64,000 nt of DNA, taken from contig NC_088801.1 in the NCBI RefSeq assembly GCF_011386835.1, positions 52,266,001-52,330,000 of the forward strand, written 5' to 3'. Source of the DNA: Chrysemys picta bellii (taxonomy: Eukaryota). Positions 51,286-64,000 of this stretch are shown here, one piece after another. A program made the translations under genes and the position numbers. The notes beneath the pieces were generated by a model, which did no database searches, had not been told where the DNA came from, and saw only the letters and a program-made list of their open reading frames with translations. Each line of letters opens with the position of its first letter. The first letter of the stretch is position 1.

Positions 51286-52623
51286 GTAGGTATTTCTAAG
51301 GCACCAATCACCTCTCTATCTAATCTTTGTGGTATCTCACTGATCAGCACCTATATATGTAGATAAACACATACATAAGAATTGAAGGCAACTGACAGTT
51401 AAGGTCTCTAAGTCAGAATATTATGTAAGCCTGTGCAAATGGGCACCATAAATTATTCCTCTTCATCTGTTTTTGAATAATTGGGATCCTATTGCTGGCC
51501 ATAAATGGGATGATTAGTTTTTTAAAAAGTTTTTCCACATTTTTCTGGTGTTTAGTATTTCTGAATTTATTTGATTTTTTTTTTTTTTTTTTGGTCATTT
51601 GGAAAGAGAGCCCTGGGCTGAAAAGACAACAGCTTGTCTTCATTATTGACGGTCCATATGAAACATTGGGACTAGGTTAGTGCTGGCATTAAGATTTGTA
51701 TTTGGCTCTGCAGCCAGAATCACATACTGTACCTTTTTGAGTCCAGTAGCGCACGCTCAGGTTATTACCATATGGAACAAATACAAGCGAGGTTAGGATT
51801 GTAACCCAGGGCAGACATGTTTTGATAGGCGATAGCAAGGAAGCAATACTGCCCATAGTAGCAGGTGTTGTTTCTTTCAAAAATGTTATTCTCCCTTTTT
51901 TTTAAACTGCAAAATGCTATTCAGCAACTAATCTCAGAAGTGTTAAAATAGAGCACACCCAGTGCTGGTTCGGTGCAGTTGGAAAGCAAGCAGACCCTTA
52001 AAAGGGATGTACCAGACAGCAGAGGAACAACAAATCCAGATTGCTCAAAGACAATTCATTGCCTGGGTCCCTTTTCTGCAGTAGAGCCACTACTCCAAAT
52101 CTACTATAACTGCAGGTGTGATTATTCCTGTTAGTTTATTTTAGCCCAGTAACGCTGTGGTTTGGCAGAGCTGTACTTGCAGAAGCAGAAACAAACGTGA
52201 CTGAGCACAGAGCCTTGTCTATGAATGTTTTATGAAAATGTGTGTGTGGAGGCAGCAACAGCAGCCTGAGGTGAAATCTCATGTTGTTGGAGGTTCTCCG
52301 GTCCCTTTGAGCAGCAACAGCAGCGGTGATCATAGAGAAAGGCAGGGTTGTGTTTGGTTTGAAAGTCATACAGGTAAGATAGATATGGTAATTTGTATAA
52401 TTTCCCATTCTTCCCCCTCCCCCCCCAAGAACTGGGTGATCATCAAAATACTCCGAGCTGGGTTTTTTCCCCTTCCTATGCATATCAAAAGATTTTATAA
52501 CTTGCTTTTTTTTACTGTTCAGGAGTAGGTGTGATCCTCACCTGAGTTCTGTCCCTTTGGCTGTCTGCTTCTCTTTCAGCCTCTCTCTAAAAAGGAGTAA
52601 GATAGACTGACGTTTGTGATTGG

Positions 52624-53543
52624 TGTGACCCTGAGACCTCCCCAATCCCAGTTGGCACACTGTTGTCATGATATGTACCCCAAAGGTGGTATGTAATATG
52701 TCATTGGAACACTAGTATCTCAATGATCATTAATGTCTTGTGTGATATATGTACATCCACACACGACCTTACAGATATGTGCTGCAAATGTGTTCCTAAA
52801 ATGTATTTGTTGAGCAATGCCTAAGCTACTCTTGTTCCAGACAAGGGAATATGGTTCCACCTGCTTGAACATGTCTCCAAGGTAAATTAGGCAAGGCGTG
52901 ACCAAAGGCAAAGAAAAGCAGATTGACATGCATGGTAAACAAAGCCATCAGAAAAGTAAGCAGGGAAAGCTGAATATTTAACATATGGAGACTGTACCCC
53001 AAGGGAAGCCTTCCTGCCTCTTGAAGCAGGGTCAATGAACTTGGGAAGACAGCATGGTGTCTATACCCCAACAAGAGAGAGAAGCGTTGGCTGGGTTTAC
53101 TTTCCAAAGAATATTCTAACATTTCTAAGGTTCACTGGGACTATGAAAAGAAAGGGGAGAGATCCCCACAATTATCCTTTACTGGGCAGAGACATGAGGC
53201 TAGGGCCCTTGTACAGATGAGAAAAGTGCATCTGGGTTGAAGTTTCCGGGAACTGAATATAGGTGAGAAACCTGGTTAGGCAAAGTTTGGAACTTGCTGA
53301 AGTTAAATTTTAGTCTTAGAACAGTATTTTTACTTTTGTTTGTAACCATTTCTGTCCTTACTCCTTGTACTTGATGTACCTATACATGGGTATATCACTT
53401 ATACCCAGGACTTGTTGTTTAATCAACTTGTTTTAGTTTTACTATGAACCAATCCAGTCCCTGGGCTGAAGGGAAAGGTATACTAACCCCATTTAAGCTA
53501 ACAGGCTGCAGTATATCGTCTCTTTACTGATGGTAGTATGACA
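52624..53543 (+). mobile_element. Solo LTR
   Basis: TGTGAC..TGACA ends; start resembles the reverse complement of the end of 56919-57591; no TSD seen. Confidence 0.5.
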
Positions 53544-54677
53544 GACCCATCCCAATGAATTGTGGATCAAGGCCTAAAAGGTTCTTACAGACTGAAGGGT
53601 TATAACTCAATTTTTCTGTTTTCAAAAATCTTCTGGGGCAAGTTCAAACCTTGCTTACATGTGTACACCCGACTAACTTCCATTTAGAGCCTGTCTCGTG
53701 GTAGAGTTAACACTGGTAACTCAACAGCAGATTGACTTCACCTCAGTATAGTGACTCAAGTGCAGTTGTATGAATAAAACTGAGGGCAGAATTTGACCTT
53801 TTATAGTCTTTGGTTTATCGTCAGGGTTGATAATGCTGCCTATTATTAAAGATGCCTAACACTTCCCATTATAAATAGTGTATGCAGTAGATGGATATCT
53901 CTGGAGACTGAAGGGCCTCTCTTTTAAGCACAGATCAGGTACAGTATAGGCAAAGGGTTCTCCCACACCCTGCCACCAATATGCTTTAGTTCTGATGAAC
54001 CAGCTTCTAGAGATGAGTGTAATTTTCTTTTCATGTCTATTTAGCTTTGACCTTTCTGCAGTGATTTGCAAGAAGAGTTGATATCTTTCCTCTTCCTTTT
54101 GTAAGCTCAGCCTTTTGCTGTCATAAGAGTCACAAGTTGTTGTTTTTTCGTGTAATTGCAGTGACTGTCTATTATCCATCCAAAGTTTCTTGGGTTTAGG
54201 AAGAGATATCAAATCTTTATAAGAATCAACATGAAGAGGAAAAGAGAGATGGTTTCAAATGATGAAGAGTCAAAAAACTATAGCCATCAGTGGGTTTTCA
54301 CAGCTAAAAGAGAAAGAAGTATATTTAAAATCATCAGTAAAAGAATGAATCATGGTAAGAAGGTTTAATACATACTCAAATGTAAGTCCATACAGAATGA
54401 ACTCACTTATTGATTATTCCTAAATCATTCTAGTCTTCATTATCTTTCATATTAATTTGTTGTGACAGTCTCTTACATAATTCTGCTTCCAGGAATATGA
54501 GTGGTAATAAGTAGAAGGTATTTTAAATTAGGATTTGACCTAATGCTTTGTGCAAACAAATGTTTTTGAAGTGCTTTTCAAGTGTTTTCAAGTGTTCTGT
54601 ATTTTTTAATTCATTCAAATACTGTCCTCTGGTGTTCAAATGTCTGCATTGCACATAAGTTAAAGAAGCACATTATG

Positions 54678-54739
54678 GGTGAAAATCTGGTCCCATTGAA
54701 GTCCATGGCAAAACTCCCATAAGGCCAGGATTTCGCCCT
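54678..54739. repeat. Hairpin element (cattgaagtcaatg family, internally deleted)
   Basis: gggtgaaaatctgg..ccaggatttcgccc. Confidence 0.7.
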
Positions 54740-55279
54740 ATGAGATGTCATACGTAGGAGAGACACATAAGTAATAAAATACATTAACTAAGAAAGTGAC
54801 CTAGATGGTGAAATGTATTTTTAAGAAATGTACAGACCACATGGCAAAAACAAAGTTCTTTTCACAAGATGCAGAATAATTATCATGGAGAGTAATGTAG
54901 AAAAATGGACCTAAAACACAGTGCCAATCCTGCAAACACTTGTGCCTGTGCTTACCTTTACTACCATGAGTAGTTCCATTGATTTCAATAGAATACTCAC
55001 AGGAGTAAAGTTAAGCACATGAGTATGTGCTGCAGAATCCATGTCCATGTTCGACACTTGTTAAGGTTGTGACACTGGTCCAGCAAAAGCCTTGCCTCAC
55101 TTCAAACTTTGACAGCACAGCTGTGTGATGAAGGATTAGGCTTTACAATGAGATATCTCTCTCTCTAAGGCCTTGTAGGTTACTCGCCTTTGACCTGTTT
55201 TTAATTGTCACATACAGAGCCTATGGTGTAACATTATTTATTAGAGGCAGGGTTGGTAATGCTGCCTATAGATAAAATT

Positions 55280-55695
55280 GCCTGACACTCCCCATTGTAG
55301 AGCTCTGTTTCAGCTGTTTATGACTTTGCCAAACTTTAACTGTTCAGGATGAAATTTTTCATGGCAGGAGTCCACCTCAGGCTGATTTGTTCTGGGAAAT
55401 TTCAGCTAAAATGGCCAAGCTGTTTGTCAGAATGAGATTAAGAAACATATGTTCTTTTGCCATGTTAAAAAAAAATTGTACAATTGTTTCATTAAGAAGC
55501 TATAGTGCCTCTGGGCTTTAGAGCAGGGACATGAAATTTAGCAGGGGGTCAGGGATGAGCCTTTTGCCATACATGTGAAAATTTGCCCTAATTTGGCCAC
55601 GTTATGAGCCTCTGCAAAATCTCAGTTTGCACATGCTCAGTAGAGACTTGTTAGAGTTTGGCATCTAAATACTTCAAAGATTCCATTGGCACTGA
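55280..55695 (+). repeat. Unclassified dispersed repeat (second copy about 62865-63130)
   Basis: Shared blocks actttgccaaactttaactgtt, gctga.t..tt.tgg.aaatttcagc; both copies are followed by purine-rich tracts. Confidence 0.65.
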
Positions 55696-55994
55696 GGCCT
55701 GGTCCACGCTAATCCCCCACTTCGAACTAAGATACGCAACTTCAGCTACGTGAGTAACGTAGCTGAAGTCGAAGTACCTTAGTTCGAACTTACCGCGGGT
55801 CCAGACGCGGCAGGCAGGCAGGCTCCTCCGTCGACTCTGCGTACTCCTCTCGCGGAGCAGGAGTACCGGCATCGACGGCGAGCACTTCCAGGATCGATCC
55901 GGGATTGATTTATTGCGTCTAGACAAGACACAATAAATCGATCCCAAAAGATCAATGGCTACCGCCGGACCCGGAGGTAAGTATAGATGTACCC
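55696..55994. mobile_element. Harbinger-derived MITE, 299 bp
   Basis: Ends ggcctggtccacgcta / aagtatagatgtaccc; perfect 3-bp TSD TGA; nested internal palindromes. Confidence 0.85.
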
Positions 55995-56634
55995 TGAGTG
56001 TGCTCCAGTCCAGGGCAGCCGGCAATTTCCCTGCAGTTACCACTTCTGGCCACTGTGTCCTGGGCTGGTGCCGGACACAAGAACTAAGAACAGGAAGATG
56101 GTCTCCCCTATGTTGTTACTGCTCATTGTTAGTGGTCAGGCAGTGTGAAGGAGAAAGAGGAATCACCCTGACTTGAATTTTGAGGGGTGGTGGTGATTTT
56201 TTTTTGCGGTGGTGGAGGGAGGGAGAAGAGGGGTTGCAAGAGCCAGAGAGTGAGGGGAGCAGAGGGAAGGGAAAAGTCAATGGAGTGGGGGGGAGCAGAT
56301 GTGGTGGGACCAGGAGCCAGCCTTCTGGGGGTGCATAGGGCAGGAGAGAAGAGTACAGGGGAAGGGGCCAGGAGCTGGAGTGGGGGATTGGAGAGGAGCA
56401 AATGTGGGAGGCAGAATTGGTTGCTCATGAGAAGCTCAGGAGAAGGGAGTGGGGGCCAGGGCAGAGGATTGAATAGAAGCTCAGGAGGAGGGGGCCAGGA
56501 GCTGAGGTGGGAAGGGGTGTTGAATAGGAGCAGAAGGAGAGGCAGGTAGGAGCTGGGTGCAGAGGGGGAGAAGGCAGGAACTGCATATAGTGGTGTAGAT
56601 AGGCACAGAGGTGGAAGGGATTGCAGGAAGAGAG

Positions 56635-57780
56635 AGGACAGTCTAATGGTTAAGGCAGTTGAATGCTGGAGAACTGGACTCTATCCCTGCCTCTGCCACA
56701 CAGTTTCTGTGCAAAATCACTTAAACCAAACTTTTCACAGGGAATCACTCGTGTGTTCCTCAGTTTCTGGGTGTCCATCCTAAGACCTGGGGGGAGGGAT
56801 TGCTTTGCAGAAGTACTGAGCACTCATGGGTGCAACTGAAATCAATGGGAGCTTTGAGTGTTTTGAACATATAAAATGCTATACATATGCTAAGTTCGCT
56901 GAAAAATTGAGCCCTAGCTATGATGCCTCTTGGGGGTATTAAGGGTTGTGCTGTACTGTGCTACTATCTGCCCTTAGCTTGAGGAAGCCTTGTTATGCCT
57001 GCCAGGGGTCAGCTCCACTGGTCCCGGGAAACACAGATGTCTTCCTCTAGGCCTCGCAGGCCCCACTTCTCTCTACAGGTTAGCATTAGGCAAACCCCAC
57101 CCCTCGAGCCTTCTGAGCATCTCCTTGGAGTGTTCATCCCCTGATTTACTGGACACTCACAGTATTCACAGATTCACTGCTTCCAAATAAAATGTACACC
57201 CCAGCTTAGCAGTTACACCTCAGGTTACCACTCCACTTAATACACAGCTCTGAGATATGTTTATAGGGAAATGAAGTATAAGCTTATTTAACAAAGCACA
57301 GAGATTCAAGTAATAGCAAGCAGAAGTGTTGGAATCAAATGGTTACATATAAAATAAAATCATACATGCATTCTAGAACCTTGACTTAATTAACTAGATA
57401 CTCTCCTGACTTGTAGAGTGATACTTACCCAAAGTCCTTGCAGCATTTTACAGCCAGACTTGGCAGTGAATCTGCGCATCTAGCCTCTTTTAACCCTTTC
57501 CAGGTGAGTGTGTGGAGGACACCCCATCACACTGACCTTATGCATCCCCTGGGACCTATGCCAGTTGGCACCAAAAGGTTCTTGGGTCACACTAGGTATC
57601 TCAAATTGGGCTCCTGAAATTAGTGGACATGTGACAATGTTGACCATAATCGCTCTGTGCCTTCATTTCCCAGCTGTAAAATGGGGATAATCTCACCTAA
57701 TCTCACAGGAGTATTGATGTGAGGCATTCAGATACTATAGTGATGAGCGCCACAGAAACACCCAGAAGGAAATAAATAAT
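56635..57780 (+). mobile_element. MIR-like composite SINE split by an LTR
   Basis: tRNA-like head (gtctaatggttaaggc) at 56640 and MIR tail (ctgtgcc..tttccc.gctgtaaaatggggataa) at 57650-57690; target gccctag|ctaggtatc duplicated around the LTR. Confidence 0.55.
56919..57591 (-). mobile_element. Solo LTR
   Basis: tatgatg..gggtcaca ends with a ctag duplication on both sides. Confidence 0.6.
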
Positions 57781-58138
57781 TTTGTATTCAGAGCAGGATA
57801 TGGATGGTATATGGTAAGTAAGGCCTGCGGCCACACTGAATAAGAAGGATAAAAAGAAATATTGAAAAACTACTCATTTACTGTGGCAAAACATAGGTTT
57901 TTTGGATATACTTAGAATACAGCTGTATTTTGTGTAATACTTTTCATAAGCAGTGTGTCTCAGAATATTTTGCAGAACTAAATAATGCATGACAGAAAAC
58001 AGTCATGCAAAGACAGATCTAGTGAATATACTAAAGCACACAATGCCGTTTGGGTTTTATCAAACATGAGAACTGAAGGAGAGCCAGGACCCAGCAGAGA
58101 CACAACTTGACCTGGGAAAGCATCTTTACAGGTACAGG

Positions 58139-58564
58139 CAGGGCCGGCTCTGGCTTTTTGGCCGCCCCAAGCAAACAAAAAAAAAAAAACAAAAAAAAAT
58201 CCTGCGACGTGGCCGGAGCGTGGGTGCAGGGGGACTGGCTGGGGCGGGGGGGGGAGCGGGCGGGAGAGAGAGAGAAGGGGGCGGCCAGGGCTACAGCAGG
58301 GGCGCTGCCACACAGCCCCTCCCGCTGCGCCGCCTCCTGCCGCGAGGGCTCCGCTCCGGTCGGCGGGGAGGGAAGGAAGAGGACTGCCCTGCAGGGCGCT
58401 CTGGTTCTCCGTGCCGCCACCCCCTACAGGACGGCCAGAGTGGAACAAGAACAAAAAACAAAAAAAAAGCAGCCTTGCCGCCCTAGGATTGGGCAGAATG
58501 CCGCCTCCAACAATCTGCCGCCCCAAACACCAGCTTGCTCAGCTGGTGCCTGGAGCCGGCCCTG
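58139..58564. mobile_element. hAT-like MITE (CAGGGCCGGCTC family)
   Basis: Perfect 12-bp TIRs and perfect 8-bp TSD ggtacagg. Confidence 0.92.
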
Positions 58565-60110
58565 GGTACAGGAAGTAGAACGGTGATAGAAATGGAGCAA
58601 GAGCTTTATGAGAAGGGGTTAGCAGGAGGAGGAGAATCAGGAAGTAAATGGTTCTTAACAGAATAAATTATGATAGTTAAAGGAGGTATAAAATCAAAGT
58701 GGGGTTGATTCAGAGAAATGTGTGAGTGTTTTGAGCAGTGCTTTAACCATTCCTAATGAATACCACTTACATTTCTTCCACATATTAATTACTTACCTGA
58801 TTATCCCAAATCAAAATGTTTTTTATGTAGTGGTATGTGCGGTATGAAGATTTTGTTGTCTGCCGCATCAGTATAATGGGCCACATTTAATAATAATTTA
58901 ATGGATGTTTTGCTCAATTAAAGGCTTTGATCCCTAACGAGGATATGGCAATCTGTTGTATACTGCATTTGTAGAATTGATGGAAGAATGCTCTGTCATG
59001 GACTCACAGAGCAGATGTTTCAAACATTTTAAAATGGTACAATGGGATTTGGCACAGGTGGAAGGTAACCGGGTTCCTTTGCTGAGCTGCCTTAAAATTA
59101 GGTGCTAGAACCCTGTCTAAAGAATCAGGGTAATTACTACTGACTCAGACTGATAAGTGGATCTAGTTAGCCCCAACCAAGATAGAAGAGGGTTTGGAGA
59201 GAATGAGGTAAAAGGAGCTATGGACTAGGACAGAGGAGGTCCTACATGGAAGGCCTAGCTTAGGATCTCTCGAGAATGGAGGCTTGTTTGGATGATGGGT
59301 AAAGCCAACTCTAAGAAGGGGGTAATTTTGGACTATATGCTGTGTGTGTGTATGTATGCATCCCATTTGGAGGAAGGTGGGAACTCCATGTGCTTATAGG
59401 TACCATATTGACAATTCCTGTTTCTAAAGGGTATTCTGAGCTAATACAGAGAAGATTTAAAAAAAATAAAACTTCCGAGAAACAAAGAGAGAGGAGTGTA
59501 ACTTTGAGAGCAAAGAGGCCACCATGGGATTATATGAATAGTGTGTTAAGTTATTTGAATTCAAAAACTGAGTAAAGAATTTTGTGTTCTAGAATTCTCA
59601 TTTATAAATGTATGCTTATTATAATGTAACTGGAAGAAGGTTCCTTGCTCATTTGCATAAAAGACTGTTGAAAATAAACTTCTGAGAGAAGTAGATTGGA
59701 TCAGGAGATCCTGAATGCAGATTCAGCTCACTCAATTATCTGAAGTTTGGGGTATTCCTTCCCAACTGGCTAATCAAGGTTATACTTGTATCTGTGATGT
59801 TGCTTCATAGAGAATATAGAAGTTGAAATAAGTTGACTTTTCTCATTGCTGTGGAGCACATCTGTTTTCCCAGGAGGGTCCAAAAGTCAAATTTATCAAC
59901 AGTCACTGTTCAAGCTGTTCATGTCAGGGTGCAGGGTTCTGCTGGCAGGCCTGCATATTGGATGAAAAAAATGGTTTGTGGTTATCTATTGTTGGTACCC
60001 ACAAGTTAACAATATCCCCTCTGGCCTCTTGGGGGCAGGTGTTCATTACAAATAGAGTTTTGGATACAGATGCTACAAATCTCATTGTTTGTTACTTTTA
60101 TTTCTTTTAG

Positions 60111-60245
60111 GAGCTAATATTCCCTACATTAGTGACAGGCTATTTCCCATCAATAACGACTTTACCTAAGGAAGAGCTTAGAATTGTGGCCATGGAAAAT
60201 GTTTATTTAAAAATTTTTTTCACTGCCCTACTTGTTTTGGGAACT
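60111..60245 (+). other. Candidate exon (135 nt, open frame, strong splice sites)
   Basis: Acceptor tttatttcttttag|G, donor ACT|GTAAGT; GCCATGG start at 60192 gives MENVYLKIFFTALLVLGT. Gene not recognised. Confidence 0.35.
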
Positions 60246-61569
60246 GTAAGTTCTGCAGTGAAAGAGCAATGGCGTGGGGGAGGGGAGAGGAAAGCTCCAG
60301 AATGAAGATGGCACTCTGCCCCCACAAATGAAATCTGTCATCTTGAAACACTTTCAGATGACTCAGCCTCAGCAAGAAACAAATTGTTTTAACAATAGAC
60401 TTAATTAGCTGGTGTTTGTATTCCTTTGCAGCTTGCCCGAGTCCCAGCGCACCTGCTGGTAGACCTCACTTGAAGCCCTGCCGTTTCCTGCAAAAGAATG
60501 TGAAGAATGAGTGAAGCGGTAAATAAGGACCTCAGTAGGTATGTCTGTTCCCTGCTGACTGCTAGAAACATCCTGGGAGGAAGGGGGGCATACTAGGTTT
60601 CTTTTTTCCTGTAGTTTTTGCAGCACAATCTTTTCTTAAACACATCAAGAAATTAAACTCAAATAAACAATGTAATTTCCATTGAGTATTTGGAATGATT
60701 CCGTTTAATAATATCAAAGAAAATGCGGTTCTTTGTTTTTTGTATACTCTGACATTTTTCTGATAGCTAGTCTTTATATAATTCCTCTTAGCTCTAACCC
60801 TATTACATTTAACACGAAACATAAATATGTGGTATGCTTTTTCATATCTCGTTTGACTTAAGACATGAAAACAAATGCTTTCCCTTCCTCCATCCCCCAA
60901 AATACTTCTATCCTAATATGGACTCATCATTGCCAAAATTTCTTATTTTTGCGGCCTGTTAGGGATTACTATGCAACCATGTATCTTTAACTAAGAAAAT
61001 AACAAGATTGTGAAATTCATTGTTATCTCTTACATTTGCATGTAAAGCTGATGGTACCTTTTATTTGAACAAATTAAGGGAAAAAATCAAATCGTGGTAA
61101 TGATACAGTGGAAGTATACCTGCTGAATGGCAAAGGAATTCATAGTCAAGTCCACAGTGCCCTTGAGGTGTGATTCTACCCTGAAGTGTGATTGACTGTA
61201 CAAATGGCATTGAGAGGTTTCTCCATGTACCAGATCTAGGCTGGTTATTGTAGATGTAAAAAAAAAAGATTTCTTAAGTGCCTGGTCTGAAAGCTCATTC
61301 TGGGCTCTGGCAGTCAAGCTATTCTTTTTCCTTCTCCTGAATCATTACCAGTAATAAGACCTCTGCAGACCAAATTATGTCCCCAGCTGTGAATATATAA
61401 CTTAGTGGATATTGCTGGAAGACAATGGGCTCGAAAGCAGAATTAGGACAGCAGCATCACTTGGGAAGCCATAACACAGGTTAATAAATCTCAGTGTCAG
61501 GAAGGTTTACATGATATTAGGAATTTGAAAATTTAGGATGAATTTCATCCTATTACTCCTAGTTATATG

Positions 61570-62525
61570 GGCATCCAACATCTTGACAGATGAAAGGAAA
61601 CATGACGAAGCCAGTCAGTCAATGGTGCTTGACAGTAATGTGGGAGAAGAGCCCAGTGCGCGAGCGGCAAACCTTCCCACAGTGGCTATAGGTCCAGATA
61701 GAGGCTGGAGCACACTCTGCTTCCTGGCTTGCCTGTGAGCCTCCCCCTGGACTCTCTGCAATGACTGACTGCACCAGCCTTAACCTGGCTGCTCCAGACT
61801 GAGCGGCTTTGGGCAGCATTCTCCCAAGTTGTCAGTGTGAATGCTGAATTTCTTGAGATCTTGCTTGACCGTGTCGCTGTATTGGAGCTTAGGTGGCCTT
61901 CCTCTGCGTCATGGGTAGTTCTTGAGTTGGCCATAGAGCACAGCCTTCGACAGACAATCTTGAGGCATATGCTCCATTCCGTGTCCCAGCCAGTGACGCC
62001 TGCGAGTGTCCAGTGTAGTCTGCATAGACGATAGGTTGGTTCTCTTGAAGATCTCAGTGTTAGTGATCCATTGGTCCCAAGTTACTCCCAGGATTTTTCT
62101 GAGACAGCAAAGGTGGAAGCTGTTCAGTCTCTGCTCTTGGTTGGAGTATGTGACCCAACTCTCGCAGCCATAAAGGAGGGTCCTGAGGAAACAATCCTGA
62201 TAAATGGACATCTTTGTATTTAGGGTTAGCAGCTTATTTTTCCAGACAAGTGAGGTAAGTTTGCCAAAGGTGACAGACAGAGGCTTTGCCAATTCTCACA
62301 TCAAATTCTCTATCAAGGCTAAGTGAGCTGGTTAAATTGAGCCAAGAGAGCAGAAGTGATTCACATTGTCCAGAGCTTCATTATTGACCTAGATTTTAGG
62401 TGGGATATTAGTGCCCTGTGACATGACAACTGTTTTCTTGATACTAATTACCATACTGAAAACGATACATGCGTCAAAGAACTTATTTATCATGATCTGC
62501 AATTCACCAGGTGAGTTAGAGTTAA
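61570..62525 (-). mobile_element. RTE-clade LINE 3' portion
   Basis: LQIMINKFFDAC..ISIKKTVVM; TLLYGCESW..RLNSFHLCCLRKILGVTW..WLGH; C-terminal CGKVCRSRTGLFSH. Confidence 0.9.
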
Positions 62526-64000
62526 GGAATTATACACTCTTTTATTATGTTCAATAATCATCCTCCCTCCTTAATGCTTGCACCCTTCAAATAGTTGTGG
62601 ACTTCGGCTGCCCTTCTTCGTCACTTGGGCAACTGAATATTAATGTTTTCCTTGTGAGGCAATCCTTCCACCCCACTAACCATTTTCACTGCTTTTCTCT
62701 GTAGTTCCACTAATTAGGCATTATTATTTGGTACCGTGTTCTTTTCCTGGCACTTCATTATTCCAGGTGCATTTGCATCAGAGCTATTTCGAATAGGGAC
62801 AAATTGCTTCCTCCCTGGTCCATGTCATGTTGCCCTGATTTTAGGTAAATCTGGTAGCCCTCCCTATTATTAGGCTTGCTTGACATTTCCCATTATAGGA
62901 CCCTCTTTTGAGTTGCTTATAACTTTGCCAAACTTTAACTGTTTGGGATAAAACGTTCCATGTTGGGTGTCAGCCTAAGACTGAATATTTTTGGAAAATT
63001 TCAGCCCAAAGGGTCCAGCCATTTCTGACGACAAAGCAAATGATGCATACGTTGCCCATGTTACCAAAATCGGGTAACCTTTTTTTTGAGACATTCTAGT
63101 GCCCCCACGCTTTGGCACCGAGTGTTAACATTAGTCAGCGGTGGCCTTTGTGTCGGTGGCGGGGGGGACAGTCTTTGGCCACTGCTATGAACATTTGGAA
63201 AAGTTCTAAGCCTTTGAAACATTTTAGTTTCCACATGCTCAGAAATGACACGCTAGAGCTGTGAAGCCAAAACCGCTGAAGATTCCATGCGCACTGGGCA
63301 CGCGCCAGCCTGGGGCTAAGCAGGATTTTCGCTGAAATTGCAGCTCTGTGTTGCTGTGGGCCACTGTCAGCGCTGGATACCACAAGCAGGGAGGCTGTTT
63401 CTCTTGTGTTTTCAATGCCCCTCTTGCTGGCATCCAGGCAGCATGGAGGAGGAAGCTGCCTGATTCAATGCACCAGGGACAAGAGCCAGAGGTGAGTACA
63501 TTGGGATAATAGTGAGGGATACTGGGAATTGAGGTCGGGGAGACTGGGACTGATTGGGCAAGGAGAAAGGGAGTTAGTGGGGGGAAATTGGGATTGGCAG
63601 CAGAAGATTAATAGTTTTTAAGACCACAAGGGACCATTAGGTTCATCTAGTGTGACCTTAAAAGGCACTGGGAAAGGGTGGGCAAGGAGACTAAAACTGC
63701 GAGTTGGATGGGGGCAAGAGGAGACTAAGCTCAGTGAGGAGGCAACAGGGAAGATTGGAGCTGGCTGGGCAGCAAGACTGGAACCAGTGGGGTGGGGGCA
63801 GGAGGTGAGAAGGAGACAGATCTGACAAGGAACCAGGTGTGAGGGGAGAACTAGGACTAGAGAAAGGTGGAGAGCAGAACAAAGAGCTGGAATGAGACTG
63901 GGAGCCAGTGGGCTTGGTGAACATAGCTGAGGGGAAGGAGTGGGAAACTGGAGGCCAAGAGGTGGGAGAGAAAAAGAAACAGTTTGGATAAGGAACCAGG

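Noticed and set aside
56635-56700. tRNA gene
   Set aside because: Only a degenerate A-box-like SINE head, no cloverleaf.
57978-58586. Overlapping ORFs of 88-182 aa
   Set aside because: Same artefact in the second CAGGGCCGGCTC MITE.

Overview
Vertebrate genomic DNA, most likely turtle (inferred from the repeat families: CR1 LINEs ending in TTCTTATG, Neptune-type Penelope elements, a Harbinger, hAT-like MITEs, MIR and DeuSINE). It is AT-rich and dense in transposons. The only clearly intact host gene is an intronless TSSK6-type testis kinase (39610-40443, minus), with a 1.9-kb TSD-flanked solo LTR inserted in the same orientation about 560 bp upstream of its ATG. Other main contents: (i) a 5.0-kb two-gene Harbinger (frameshifted DDE transposase plus an intron-containing Myb/SANT gene) inside a solo LTR; (ii) four Penelope-like insertions carrying five minimal hammerhead-ribozyme motifs, with stem covariation visible inside this window, one insertion being a fold-back palindrome; (iii) a nested stack of hAT, Penelope, CR1 and a second Penelope fragment; (iv) CR1, RTE, SINE, LTR and MITE fragments. 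No rRNA, tRNA gene or CRISPR array was seen. Repeat family names come from recall and internal structure, not a database search, and boundaries of old elements are approximate.
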